Shown here: positions 17,331-27,051 of the stretch, in pieces
Position numbering within the stretch: the stretch's first letter is position 1
How the letters are laid out: every line of letters begins with the position of its first letter
Assembly: GCA_964291625.2 (NCBI GenBank)
Contig: OZ220090.1
Location: 512,001-576,000, forward strand
DNA: 64,000 nt
From: Candidatus Latescibacterota bacterium
GTDB taxonomy: Bacteria; Latescibacterota; UBA2968; UBA8231
Reading direction: 5' to 3'
Position numbers and translations under genes: made by a program
The notes under the pieces: generated by a model
Told to the model about the DNA's origin: nothing
Seen by the model: only the letters and a program-made list of their open reading frames with translations
Databases searched by the model: none

Positions 17331-19112
17331 CTACCGGAGCCGGATGCCCAGTTCCCGTAGCTGGGGGGCATCCACCGGTCCGGGCGCATCTTCCATGAGG
17401 CCAACCGCCTTGTTCGTCTTGGGGAAGGCGATCACATCGCGGATCGAGTCCTCCCCTGCCAGCATGGCCACCAGCCGGTCGAAACCGAAGGCGATCCCGC
17501 CATGGGGCGGAGCCCCGTGTTCCAGGGCCTCGAGCAGAAAGCCGAACTTCTCCCGGGCCTCCTGGTCAGAGATGCTCAACAGTTGGAACAGGCGATTCTG
17601 CAACCCCGACTCGTGGATCCGGATCGAGCCCCCGGCGATTTCGTCGCCGTTGATAACGAGATCATAGGCTCGAGCACGCACCAGGGCCGGATCCTCGTCC
17701 AGCGCCCCGACATCTTCCGGGAGGGGGGCCGTAAAGGGGTGGTGCACGGCCTGGTATCCATCCGCATCTGGATCTGGTTCCAGGAGGGGAAAGCGATCGA
17801 CCCACAGGGGGTGCCAGCTGTCGGCAGCGAGCCCGAAGCGCTCCGCCAGCTCGAGACGGAGGGCGCCCAGCACCCTCGCCGCCGCACTGGGCGCGTCCGC
17901 CACCAGCAGGAGCAGATCACCAGGCTCCGAGGCCAGAGCCTCGATCAGGAGGTCCTGCGAAGCCTTCGGGAAATACTTGACAATGGAGGACTCGAGACCT
18001 CGGTCCGTGTGCCGGATCCAGCTGAGCCCCTTGGCTCCCTGCTCCTGGGCAAATGCGATCAGCCCATCTATTTGACTTCTAGGTAACTGACTGTGCCCCT
18101 TTGCGTTTAGTCCCTTTACCTGTCCTCCCGAGTCAACTACCGAGCGGAAAATACCAAACTCGGATGCACGGGCTGCTTCCATCAGGTCGACCAACTCCAG
18201 GCCAAACCGCAGGTCGGGGCGGTCGCAGCCGAAGCGGTCCATCGCTTCGTGATAGGAGATCCGGGGAAAGGGATCGGGCAGGGATATGCCGGAGACCTCG
18301 GAGAAGAGAGACCGGGTCAGACGCTCCGCCAGGTCCATCACCCGCTTTTCGTCGACGAAGGACATTTCGATGTCGATCTGGGTGAACTCCGGCTGCCGGT
18401 CGGCCCGCAGATCCTCGTCCCGGAAACACCGGACGATCTGGTAGTAGCGGTCGAAGCCGGAGACCATCAGCAGCTGCTTGTAGGTCTGGGGAGATTGAGG
18501 AAGGGCGAAAAACCGGCCCTGGTGAACCCGGCTGGGAACCAGGAAATCCCGGGCTCCCTCGGGGGTACTGCGGATCAGAAAGGGGGTCTCCACCTCGAGG
18601 AAGCCCTCGCCATCGAGAAACCCCCGGGTCGTCCGGTAGCATTGATGTCGCAAGGCCAGATTGCCCTGCATCCGCGGCCGGCGCAGGTCGAGGTACCGGT
18701 ATCTGAGGCGTGTCTCCTCGCCCAACTCCACGGTGTCGTCGAGTTGGAACGGCACGGGCCTGGACTCGTTCAGGAGTCTTACCCGATCGCAGTTGACCTC
18801 GACCTCGCCGGTTGGCAGGCGCGGGTTGACCATCCCCAGAGGACGACGCTCGACGATGCCATGGACGGCGACGACGAATTCGTTGCGCAGGGCCTCCGCC
18901 CGGGTATGGGCCTCGGAGCTGTGCTGGGGATTGAAGACGACCTGGGTGACGCCGCCGCGGTCCCGCAGATCGATGAAGATGACGCCGCCGTGATCCCGCC
19001 GGGTCGATACCCACCCCATCAGGATCACGCGCTCGCCGAGATGCTCGGCCGTCAGGGTGCCGCAGTCGTGGGTGCGCTGCCAGTCACCGAGAGAATCGAG
19101 TCTGGTGGACAT
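17331..19112 (-). CDS. aspS: Aspartate--tRNA ligase
   Basis: RTHDCG, RDHGGVIFIDLRDR, STPEGARDFLVPSR, CFRDEDLRADRQPEFTQ, GAPPHGGIAFGFDR. Confidence 0.98.
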   Translation of the reverse strand: MSTRLDSLGDWQRTHDCGTLTAEHLGERVILMGWVSTRRDHGGVIFIDLRDRGGVTQVVFNPQHSSEAHTRAEALRNEFVVAVHGIVERRPLGMVNPRLPTGEVEVNCDRVRLLNESRPVPFQLDDTVELGEETRLRYRYLDLRRPRMQGNLALRHQCYRTTRGFLDGEGFLEVETPFLIRSTPEGARDFLVPSRVHQGRFFALPQSPQTYKQLLMVSGFDRYYQIVRCFRDEDLRADRQPEFTQIDIEMSFVDEKRVMDLAERLTRSLFSEVSGISLPDPFPRISYHEAMDRFGCDRPDLRFGLELVDLMEAARASEFGIFRSVVDSGGQVKGLNAKGHSQLPRSQIDGLIAFAQEQGAKGLSWIRHTDRGLESSIVKYFPKASQDLLIEALASEPGDLLLLVADAPSAAARVLGALRLELAERFGLAADSWHPLWVDRFPLLEPDPDADGYQAVHHPFTAPLPEDVGALDEDPALVRARAYDLVINGDEIAGGSIRIHESGLQNRLFQLLSISDQEAREKFGFLLEALEHGAPPHGGIAFGFDRLVAMLAGEDSIRDVIAFPKTNKAVGLMEDAPGPVDAPQLRELGIRLR

Positions 19113-19149
19113 CTCTGCCGTTGTTCAAGGATCCGGGTTGAAGCGAGTA

Positions 19150-19178
19150 ACATTATGTATTTCCTGGAATTGTGTCAA
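19150..19178 (-). promoter_or_regulatory. Putative aspS promoter
   Basis: TTGACA followed by AT-rich CATAATGT on the minus strand (15-17 nt spacing). Confidence 0.45.
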
Positions 19179-19213
19179 AGCCGGACTCTCCCCGATCACT
19201 CCCGGGCCCTCCG

Positions 19214-19241
19214 TTGACGACACGGTCTCGGCCGCTATATT
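19214..19241 (+). promoter_or_regulatory. Putative promoter of the cysteine synthase operon
   Basis: TTGACG-16 nt-TATATT. Confidence 0.5.
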
Positions 19242-19370
19242 CGCCCGCCCTCACGGACCCGGGTCCAGGCCCCAGGGCTCGACTCGGCGTCAAGGCGGCG
19301 GTCCAGGCCCCCCCGAACCGGGCACTCCCCGCCATCGAGCCATGCAGGACCCTGGAAGGAGGTGGATCCG

Positions 19371-20324
19371 GTGACCGCCCTCCCCGGCGAACTCGGCATC
19401 GTCGACCAGATCGGCAACACCCCTCTGCTGCGGCTGCCCGGCGTCGATGTCCCATCTCATGTCTCCGTGTACGCCAAGCTGGAGTTCTTCAACCCGGGCG
19501 GGTCGGTCAAGGATCGGCCGGCGCGGCGGATGATTCTCGAGGGGATCGCCTCGGGCGCTCTCGGTCCGGGCAAGGTGATCCTCGACTCGACGTCGGGAAA
19601 CACCGGTATCGCCTATGCGATGATCGGCGCCGCCCTCGGGTACCCGGTGAAGCTGGCCATGCCCGCCAATGTGACGCGCGAGCGCAGCTCCATCCTCGCC
19701 GCCTACGGAGCCCAGGTGGTCCTCACCGATCCGGCGGAAGGCTCCGACGGGGCGATTCTGGAGGCTCGCCGGATCCAGGCGGAGGATGCGGAGCGCTACT
19801 TCAAACCCGATCAGTACAACAATCCGGCCAACTGGTGGGCTCACCGCGATTCGACGGCCCTGGAGATCTGGAGACAGACCGGGGGGAACGTGACTCACCT
19901 GGTAGCTACCATGGGGACCAGCGGGACGGTGATGGGGACCGGGCGCGGGCTGAAGGCGCGCAACCCGGAGATCACGGTCGTCGGAGTGGAGCCCTCCGAC
20001 GCCTTTCATGGGATCGAGGGGCTGAAACACATGGACAGCTCGATCGTCCCGGGGATCTACGACGAGTCCTTCCTCGACTCGAAGATCGGTGTCGACACGG
20101 ATGACGCCTACGAGGCTGCGCTGCGCCTTTCCCGCGAGCTCGGAGTCCTCGTCGGCCAGTCCTCGGGCGCCGCTTACGGGGCTGCCCTCGGAGTGGCCAG
20201 AGAGCTGTCCCGTGGTACGGTGGTGACCATCTTCTGTGATGGAGGAGACAAGTACATGACGACCCCCATGTGGCGTGAGCTTCTCGAGGAACGGGGGATC
20301 TCGGGGAGCGCGAGCAGATGCTGA
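19371..20324 (+). CDS. cysM: PLP-dependent cysteine synthase (CysM/CysK family)
   Basis: IGNTPL, KLEFFNPGGSVKDR, TSGNTG, MGTSGT, GQSSGA; adjacent to mec and sulfur-carrier genes. Confidence 0.85.
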   Translation: MTALPGELGIVDQIGNTPLLRLPGVDVPSHVSVYAKLEFFNPGGSVKDRPARRMILEGIASGALGPGKVILDSTSGNTGIAYAMIGAALGYPVKLAMPANVTRERSSILAAYGAQVVLTDPAEGSDGAILEARRIQAEDAERYFKPDQYNNPANWWAHRDSTALEIWRQTGGNVTHLVATMGTSGTVMGTGRGLKARNPEITVVGVEPSDAFHGIEGLKHMDSSIVPGIYDESFLDSKIGVDTDDAYEAALRLSRELGVLVGQSSGAAYGAALGVARELSRGTVVTIFCDGGDKYMTTPMWRELLEERGISGSASRC

Positions 20325-20785
20325 GGGTTTCGCGGGACCAGGTGCGGAGGATTTGCGAGCAGGCGATGGTGGAGTACCCCGCGGAATGCTGCGGGATCCT
20401 CATCTCCGAGCCGGGGGGCGAAGCCATCGAGGTCCACCCCTGCCGTAATATCCAGGACGAGCTCCACGAGCGGGACCCATCGGAGTATCCCCGAGACTCG
20501 GGGACCGCCTATTTCATCGACCCTGGAGAGCTATTCCGCATCGTCCGCGCCGCGGAGAGGGCGGGAGGACGGGTCGCCGGCTTCTACCACTCCCACATCG
20601 ACTGCGATGCCTACTTCTCCGAAGAGGACAAGGCGAGGGCCATGGCTTGGGACGAGCCCGCCTATCCCGAGGCCGTGTACCTGGTGATCTCCGTCCATGC
20701 CGACGGCGTGCGCGGAAGCAGAGCCTTCGCCTGGGATCCGCGGCGATCCGACTTCGCCGAGGTAGAGGTGCAGTTCCCGATGTGA
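20318..20785 (+). CDS. JAMM/MPN metallopeptidase (Mec-like)
   Basis: YPAECCG, FYHSHIDCDAYFSEED (HxH...S..D). Confidence 0.88.
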   Translation: MLRVSRDQVRRICEQAMVEYPAECCGILISEPGGEAIEVHPCRNIQDELHERDPSEYPRDSGTAYFIDPGELFRIVRAAERAGGRVAGFYHSHIDCDAYFSEEDKARAMAWDEPAYPEAVYLVISVHADGVRGSRAFAWDPRRSDFAEVEVQFPM

Positions 20786-20945
20786 GTGCTTGCAGCTCCG
20801 GCCCGTCGGGCTCCGGTTTAGCGATTGGATCTTCCGGCGGCTATACTTGCTGCGATCCAAGGCTCGGGTCGGACGAACTCGCCGGCTCCGCCCGTGCCTT
20901 TCCGTGGAATCCCCGAAGCGCAGTTCCCTCTGGAGGAGTCTGGAG

Positions 20946-21236
20946 ATGCCCGTAACCGTTCACGTGCCAACCCCTCTCCGCAAGCTCACGGCAAACCAGG
21001 CCGATGTTCAGATCGAGGCCGGTTCGGTGTCGGAGCTGGTCGACAGCCTTGAGGCTTCCCACGCGGGAATCAAGGAGAAGCTGGTCGACGAGGAGGGGGA
21101 GATTCGCCGCTACGTCAACATCTATGTCAACGAGGAGGACGTCCGCTTTCTGGACGGCAAGGAAACGACTCTGGCGGACGGGGACAGCGTATCGATCGTG
21201 CCCGCCATCGCCGGCGGTCGACGAGCTGGGGTGTGA
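20946..21236 (+). CDS. MoaD/ThiS/CysO ubiquitin-like sulfur carrier
   Basis: MPVTVHVPTPLRK, YVNIYVNEEDVRFLDG, VSIVPAIAGG plus RRAGV tail. Confidence 0.9.
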   Translation: MPVTVHVPTPLRKLTANQADVQIEAGSVSELVDSLEASHAGIKEKLVDEEGEIRRYVNIYVNEEDVRFLDGKETTLADGDSVSIVPAIAGGRRAGV

Positions 21237-21303
21237 TCGGGGGCGTGCTTCGGGTCCGAGGCCGCGGCTGGTCTCGGACCCGGCCGAGCGCAGAACCGCC
21301 GCG

Positions 21304-21558
21304 TCAGCCGAGGTTCTTGACGTGCCGGGTGAGGCGCGACTTGTGCCGGGCCCCCGTGTTGGCCTGCAGCACCCCCTTGCGGACGGTGCGGTCGATCACC
21401 GAAATGGCGGCGGACAGAGCCTCCTGCCCTGCCTGAGCATCCGATGCCTGACGTACACGCTTGACGGCGGTGCGCATCGTCGACAGGACGCTCCGGTTCC
21501 GAAGCCGCCGCTGACGGGACTTTCGCAGGCTCTTCTTCGCTGACTTGAGGGCCGGCAA
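21304..21558 (-). CDS. rpsT: 30S ribosomal protein S20
   Basis: KSAKKSLRKSRQRRLRNRS, IDRTVRKGVLQANTGARHKSRL; TTG start after GAGGAG. Confidence 0.93.
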   Translation of the reverse strand: MPALKSAKKSLRKSRQRRLRNRSVLSTMRTAVKRVRQASDAQAGQEALSAAISVIDRTVRKGVLQANTGARHKSRLTRHVKNLG

Positions 21559-21833
21559 GGGGCTCTCCTCTCTGTTGTCGGCAAGGCCCGACTTGGCAGT
21601 CGGTGGCCCGGCCACCTACGTCCTGAGCCGCGGAAGGCGCGTGAACACACCTTTCGCCGGGAACTTGCGCTGAATCTCCCGAAAGGTCCAATCTGCCAAA
21701 GATATCTGGCGGCCAGGCTGCCGGCAACTCTGCTCCCCCGGGACTGGTCGAAGTGCAGGCGCCTGGCTATCATAGGGCTGGTGCCGCCGTGGTCGCCGGC
21801 GGCTCCCCTCTGCAGGAGCCAAGTGAATACCTC

Positions 21834-22478
21834 GTGTCTGCTCCGACCCCCCTGACTGTGCCCTCCTCCGGGGGGTCCCTCGGGCCTGGACAGGTGGCCG
21901 GTGTCCTCCTCGCCGCCGGTCGTTCCCGCCGCATGGGGCGCCCCAAGCAGTTGCTGCCCATCGACGGCACCACCATGATCGAGGCCGTCATCACCCGTGT
22001 CCGCCCCCACGTCGATCATCTGGTCGTGGTCATCGGTCACGCCGCCGAGGAAATCGCACCCCTTCTCCGCCCCCACGGAGTGAGGGTGGCGGTCAACGAG
22101 GAGGTCGACCGGGGCATGCTAGGTTCGGTGAAGTGCGGACTGAGAGCCGCCGGAACCCGTTGGCAGGGCTACCTGTTCTGTCTCGGAGATCAACCGGGCC
22201 TGACCGACTCCGTTGTGCAGGCCGTGTTCACCGGCGCTGCCTCTTCGGAGAAAGGGATCGTCATCCCCACCTACTCCGGCCGGCGCGGACACCCGGTATA
22301 CCTCTCCCGGCGCTACTACGACGAGATCCTGGGACTGGATGAACGCTCGGGCCTCAACGCCCTGACCGGTTCCCGGCCGGACGACACGCTCGAAGTGCCC
22401 GTAGCCGAGCCGGCCGCGGTGGAAGACGTGGATACCCCCGCCGACTACGCCCGCATGCTGGGCGGCGGGGCCTCCTGA
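21834..22478 (+). CDS. Molybdenum cofactor cytidylyltransferase-like nucleotidyltransferase (MocA/MobA family)
   Basis: LAAGRSRRMGRPKQLL, LGDQP, GRRGHPV, DVDTPADY; start uncertain. Confidence 0.85.
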   Translation: MSAPTPLTVPSSGGSLGPGQVAGVLLAAGRSRRMGRPKQLLPIDGTTMIEAVITRVRPHVDHLVVVIGHAAEEIAPLLRPHGVRVAVNEEVDRGMLGSVKCGLRAAGTRWQGYLFCLGDQPGLTDSVVQAVFTGAASSEKGIVIPTYSGRRGHPVYLSRRYYDEILGLDERSGLNALTGSRPDDTLEVPVAEPAAVEDVDTPADYARMLGGGAS

Positions 22479-22481
22479 TCG

Positions 22482-23540
22482 ATGGAAGACCCGATCCACA
22501 CCCTGAACGGCCTGCTCTCGGCAGGAAAGCCAGTGGCGCTCTCGTCGCTGATCGAGAGCAGCGGCTCCATCCCGATGAGCGAGCGCGCCAAGATGATCGT
22601 CGACGCCGGGGGACGAGCCCATGGGACGATCGGCGGCGGCTGCCTGGAGGCCGAGATCCTCACCGTGGCGCAGGACGTCCTCGCCTCCGGCAGGCCGCAG
22701 GCGACGGGCTACACCATGACGGAGAAGCAGGCCGGCGAGCACGGCCTCAATTGCGGCGGCACGGTCCGCATCTACACCGAGCGGATCGACCCGGATTCCA
22801 GAGAGCTCTTCGGCGAGGTCGCCGCCGCCAGGGGTGACCGGTCCCCATGCGTCCTCGTGACCGGTCTCGGTGAGCAGGGCCGGGCGCTCCTGCACCAAGA
22901 CGGCCGCCGGCGAGGAGACCTGGCCACCGTGGGGGAGGAACGACTTTCCTCCTGGGCGCAGATGGCCCTGGAGCGGGAGCGTTCCAGTCTGCAGAACGCG
23001 GGAGCAGGGGAGTTCTTCGTGGAGCCCTTCACCCCGCCGCCGATGCTCTTCGTCTTCGGGGGGGGACACGTGGGCGGCCAAATCGGACGCCTGGCGAAGA
23101 ACGCCGGCTTCCATGTCGTCATCGCCGACGACCGTCCGTACTTCGCCAACCACGAGCGCCATCCCGAGGTGGACGAATGCGTGGCCGACGAGGTCGAGGC
23201 GGTGTTCTCACGGCTGCCGGTGGATGACCAGATCTACATCGTCGCCGCCACGCGCGGGCACCAACACGACGAGATCGTGGTGGAGAATGCCATCTCCCGA
23301 AGGGCGCGCTACATCGGCATGCTCGGCAGCGAGCGCAAGAAGATGATTCTCTGGCAGCGGATCGAGGCCCGGGGCGGCAGCCGTGAGCGGCTGGAGGAGG
23401 TCTACTCTCCCGTGGGCCTGGACATCGGCGCCGACACGCCCGAGGAGATCGCCGTCAGCGTGGTGGCCGAGTTGATCCAGGTCCGCAGGAGCAACCGCCG
23501 CAAGCGGTGGAAGACCAAGCGGACCGAGGCCGCGGCCTGA
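22482..23540 (+). CDS. XdhC/CoxI family molybdoenzyme maturation factor
   Basis: GTIGGGCLE, GLNCGG, VFGGGHVG, YIGMLGS, PVGLDIGADTPEEIAVS. Confidence 0.9.
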   Translation: MEDPIHTLNGLLSAGKPVALSSLIESSGSIPMSERAKMIVDAGGRAHGTIGGGCLEAEILTVAQDVLASGRPQATGYTMTEKQAGEHGLNCGGTVRIYTERIDPDSRELFGEVAAARGDRSPCVLVTGLGEQGRALLHQDGRRRGDLATVGEERLSSWAQMALERERSSLQNAGAGEFFVEPFTPPPMLFVFGGGHVGGQIGRLAKNAGFHVVIADDRPYFANHERHPEVDECVADEVEAVFSRLPVDDQIYIVAATRGHQHDEIVVENAISRRARYIGMLGSERKKMILWQRIEARGGSRERLEEVYSPVGLDIGADTPEEIAVSVVAELIQVRRSNRRKRWKTKRTEAAA

Positions 23541-23542
23541 CC

Positions 23543-24607
23543 GTGTCCGATCCGACCCGCCTTGATGGGGGAGGGGCGGAGCTTCGCTACGCCGCCGCCG
23601 CCTGCCAGGTCGATCAGCCCAACCCGGTGGACCGCGCCGGCATCGCGGCCAACACGGCCCGTATGCTCGAGATGATCGACATGGCCGTCGAGGCCTACAG
23701 CCCCTTCTGGGACATTCGCCTCCTCGCCTTTCCCGAGTTCGCCCACGCCGCGCCCATCTATCCCACGGCCCGCGCGCTGCACCGGCAACTCGCCCTGCCG
23801 ATCCCCAACGAGCATACCGAGCGTTACCTGGCCAAGGCTCAGGAGCTCGGGGTCTACATCCAGACCGGGTCTTTTCTCGAGCAGGACGACCGTTGGCCCG
23901 GCAAGGTCTTCAACACGACCTGCCTCGTCGGGCCCGAGGGCCTGCTGCTGAGATACCGCAAGGTGAACCCCTGGCTCCCCTGGGAGGTGCACACGAGCCC
24001 ACACGACCTGGAGGGATACGAGGAGGAACTCTTTCCGGTGGCGCGGACCCCGATCGGCAACATCGGGGTCGCCATCTGCTACGACTGGCTCTTCCCCGAG
24101 CCTCTCCGGCAGCTCGCCGCGAACGGGGCCGAGGTTCTGATCCGGGTTTCCGCCTACATGGATCCATGGGGGGCCACCGTGCCCATGGACTGGTGGACCA
24201 CGGTCAACCGCTGCCGGGCCCTGGAGAACACCGCCTGCGTGGTCGCTGCCAACCAGGGGGCTTCGCTCTCCCACTATCCTCCCTTCTCCTGGCCGGGGGG
24301 CAGCATGGTGGTCGACTACGATGGCCGGATTCTCGCGCAGGCCGACCCGGGCCCGGGGGAGAAGATCGTCGTCGCTCCCATCGACATCGGCACCCTCCGC
24401 CACGAGCGGAACCGGCGGCGGGGACACGACATGCTCGCCCACCTGCGCACCGAGGCCTACCCGCTCTATCGGGAGTCGGTCTATCCGCCCGGACGGCGGA
24501 ACGCTTCCGCGAACCACACCACGGCGGCCAACGAAGAGGGCATCGAGCAGGCGCGGCGGCGGCTCACGGATCTCGGCGCCCGGGCACACGGGGAACCGGC
24601 GGAGTAG
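23543..24607 (+). CDS. Nitrilase/carbon-nitrogen hydrolase family protein
   Basis: Catalytic triad FPEF, YRK, ICYDWLFPE; ALEN. Confidence 0.87.
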   Translation: MSDPTRLDGGGAELRYAAAACQVDQPNPVDRAGIAANTARMLEMIDMAVEAYSPFWDIRLLAFPEFAHAAPIYPTARALHRQLALPIPNEHTERYLAKAQELGVYIQTGSFLEQDDRWPGKVFNTTCLVGPEGLLLRYRKVNPWLPWEVHTSPHDLEGYEEELFPVARTPIGNIGVAICYDWLFPEPLRQLAANGAEVLIRVSAYMDPWGATVPMDWWTTVNRCRALENTACVVAANQGASLSHYPPFSWPGGSMVVDYDGRILAQADPGPGEKIVVAPIDIGTLRHERNRRRGHDMLAHLRTEAYPLYRESVYPPGRRNASANHTTAANEEGIEQARRRLTDLGARAHGEPAE

Positions 24608-24722
24608 GGGGCGCCATCCCCAGGCATGGCCGCGGGTCCGTATGCCAAGCCGGTTCCCCTCCGGGGCCGAAGGCGGCAGCGAGTCCGCCAGTCTCGGGAT
24701 TCTCGAAGGGACCGGCGGAGTG

Positions 24723-25442
24723 GTGAAGCGGTACTCCCGGAAGCAGGTCGCCCGTACCTTGGCCAAGTACGATCTCGACGAGGTGGAGATCGTGCTTCGC
24801 CCGGACCTCCGCCTGCGGATGATGCAGACCGCCGACGCCTATGCTCTCCTCGACGACCTGATCGACCGTGACGCCGGGGACCGGGGCTCGACGCGGTTCC
24901 CTTACTGGGCCGAGACCTGGCCCTCGGCGGTGGGGCTCGCGCGCTGGTTCGCCGGGCCGGATGCACCGGCCGCCGACCTGGCCTGCGAGCTGGGTTGCGG
25001 AACCGGCCTTGTAGGCGTGGCCCTGGCGCGGATGGGCTGGCGGATTCGAGCCACCGACTACGTGGAGGACGCCCTCCTCTTCGCCACTCACAACGCGAGC
25101 CGGAACGGCGCAGGCGCCCGGCACAGCGTCTCCTACCTGGACTGGCGCCACCCCGTGGGGGCTCCCTGCCGATGGCTGGTGGGCTCGGATCTCGCCTACG
25201 AGAAGAGCGTCCACCCCCAGCTCGAACGGACGGTCCGCGCCCTGCTCGAGCCCGGTGGACGACTGGTCCTCAGCGATCCCGGGCGTCCGGCGGCGCGACC
25301 CCTGTTGAATGCCCTGGAGGGCGCCGGGTTCCGGCACCGGGTCGAGTCGATGGAGGTGGAATGGAAAGGGGTGGCGCAGACCATCGACATCCACCTCTTC
25401 ATCCGGCCGCCGGAAGCGGGATCTCAGCCGCACAGGACCTGA
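24723..25442 (+). CDS. Class I SAM methyltransferase (METTL21/lysine methyltransferase-like)
   Basis: FPYWAETWPSA, ELGCGTGLVG, ATDY, LDWR, GSDLAYE. Confidence 0.8.
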   Translation: MKRYSRKQVARTLAKYDLDEVEIVLRPDLRLRMMQTADAYALLDDLIDRDAGDRGSTRFPYWAETWPSAVGLARWFAGPDAPAADLACELGCGTGLVGVALARMGWRIRATDYVEDALLFATHNASRNGAGARHSVSYLDWRHPVGAPCRWLVGSDLAYEKSVHPQLERTVRALLEPGGRLVLSDPGRPAARPLLNALEGAGFRHRVESMEVEWKGVAQTIDIHLFIRPPEAGSQPHRT

Positions 25443-26359
25443 AGGTGGGCGACCACCGAAGTGGCGGTCGCTTCCAGGTCATACCCCCCCTCGAGCAGAC
25501 TGACGAGGCGGCCTTGGCACAGGTCCCGGGCCAGGGAGACGCACTCCTCGGTGAGCCCCGCGAAGCCCTCCCGGGTCATCAGCATCCCCCCAAGGGGGTC
25601 GGAGGCATGGGCATCGAATCCCGCCGACAGGAGCAGGAAGCCCGGCTCGAAGCGCTCGAGGGCCGGGCGCAGCCGCTCCCGGAAGATGCGCCCGTACTCA
25701 CGGTCTCCGGCGCCGGCCGGCAGGGGCACGTTCAGCGTGGTTCCCTCGCCTTCACCGGCCCCGGTCTCCCCGACATGGCCGGTGAAGGGGTAGTGATTCT
25801 GCTGATGGACGCTGAAGTAGAGCACGGATCCGTCTTCGTAGAAGCTGCTCTGGGTGCCGTTGCCGTGATGCACGTCCCAGTCGACGATGCCGACGCGGTC
25901 GACGCCGTGCCTGGCCCGGAGGTGGCGGGCGGCCACGGCGACGTGGTTGAAGAAGCAGAAGCCCATGGCCTGGTCCCGCTCCGCGTGGTGTCCGGGAGGC
26001 CGGTGCAGGCAGAAGGCGTTGGCGGCGGCGCCGGAAAGGACTGCATCGACGGCGGCGAGGCTCGCGCCACTGGCCAGCAGGGCCGCGTCGAAGGTCGAGG
26101 GACCGATGACGGTGTCGGGGGTGGTGGCGAGAAGGCGTCCGGACCCCGAGGCCCGGCGGATGAACTCCACGTGCTCCGGGGAGTGGTTGGCCTCCACGGC
26201 CTCGATGGGAGCCCGGGCCGGCCGGGAGCGGGCAAGCCCCGGCAGCTGGACGGTCTCCAACTCCTCCAGAACCGCCTCCAGCCTCTGGGGACGCTCCGGA
26301 TGGCCGGACCCCATCTCGTGCTCGAGGCAGCCCTCGTGGGTCAGCAGGAGGGTTGCCAC
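25424..26359 (-). CDS. Histone deacetylase family amidohydrolase
   Basis: HPERPQRL, RPPGHHA, GFCFFNH, DWDVHHGNGTQ, SAGFDAH, LEGGY. Confidence 0.93.
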   Translation of the reverse strand: MATLLLTHEGCLEHEMGSGHPERPQRLEAVLEELETVQLPGLARSRPARAPIEAVEANHSPEHVEFIRRASGSGRLLATTPDTVIGPSTFDAALLASGASLAAVDAVLSGAAANAFCLHRPPGHHAERDQAMGFCFFNHVAVAARHLRARHGVDRVGIVDWDVHHGNGTQSSFYEDGSVLYFSVHQQNHYPFTGHVGETGAGEGEGTTLNVPLPAGAGDREYGRIFRERLRPALERFEPGFLLLSAGFDAHASDPLGGMLMTREGFAGLTEECVSLARDLCQGRLVSLLEGGYDLEATATSVVAHLQVLCG

Positions 26360-26360
26360 T

Positions 26361-26834
26361 TCAGACGGCCCCGGCCAGGCGGATCGCCTCGGCGCCGAGG
26401 ACGCGGATGTCCTCGGCGATCTCCGCTCCCTCCAGATCGGCGACGGTACACCAGCGGAAGCGACCCGCCTCGCGCCGGTCGATGCGCGGCTCGGTGTCAT
26501 CCGAGCTCCGGGCGACGTAGATCAGGTCGATGTGCTGGTGACCCGGCTCGATGTCCTCCAGGAGGATGCACCAGGGCGAGTGCAGGACCCGCACCGACCC
26601 CAGCACTCCGGCCGAGCGACCCGTGTCCACCAGTTCGACGGTCAGCCCGCACTCCTCGAGGACTTCACGGAGGGCCGCCGCCTCGGGCAACTCCCCGGAA
26701 TCGATATGGCCTCCGGGCGGAAGCCAGGCTCCCATCTTGTTGTGCCACAGCAGAAGGGTCCGCTGCCCCCGGACCACGAAGGTGGTGGCCGTGAAGTCTC
26801 TCGTGGGTTCGTCCGGAACGGAAGAGGGCGGCAA
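26361..26834 (-). CDS. NUDIX hydrolase
   Basis: WLPPGGHIDSGELPEAAALREVLEECG Nudix box, HQHIDL; TTG start after GGAGA. Confidence 0.85.
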   Translation of the reverse strand: MPPSSVPDEPTRDFTATTFVVRGQRTLLLWHNKMGAWLPPGGHIDSGELPEAAALREVLEECGLTVELVDTGRSAGVLGSVRVLHSPWCILLEDIEPGHQHIDLIYVARSSDDTEPRIDRREAGRFRWCTVADLEGAEIAEDIRVLGAEAIRLAGAV

Positions 26835-27051
26835 GGCATCTCCGTTGGCAAGGGGTGCGGTGCCGGAATCTATTTGAGGCGGTTGCCGCGGCAACCTCGG
26901 CGTCGGCGATCGGCGCCCCCCGCGCCCCCCGGGAACTCGGCCGGCTTCCGAAGGTTGGGCGCCTCGCCTATTTTCCGTGGCCGGGCATCCCGCCCGCAAT
27001 GTCACTGGCCCGCAGGATTCGAGACGACAGGGAAGACGGAGACGGCAGCCC

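Noticed and set aside
19250-19365. cysM leader with direct repeat GGTCCAGGCCCC (19262, 19300) and alternative pairings, possible riboswitch
   Set aside because: No SAM or other riboswitch consensus recognisable; short GC-rich pairings are expected by chance. An Rfam/Infernal scan would settle it.
20786-20945. 160-nt gap before the sulfur carrier as an ncRNA
   Set aside because: Only a TATACT box is visible; no convincing structure or family motif.
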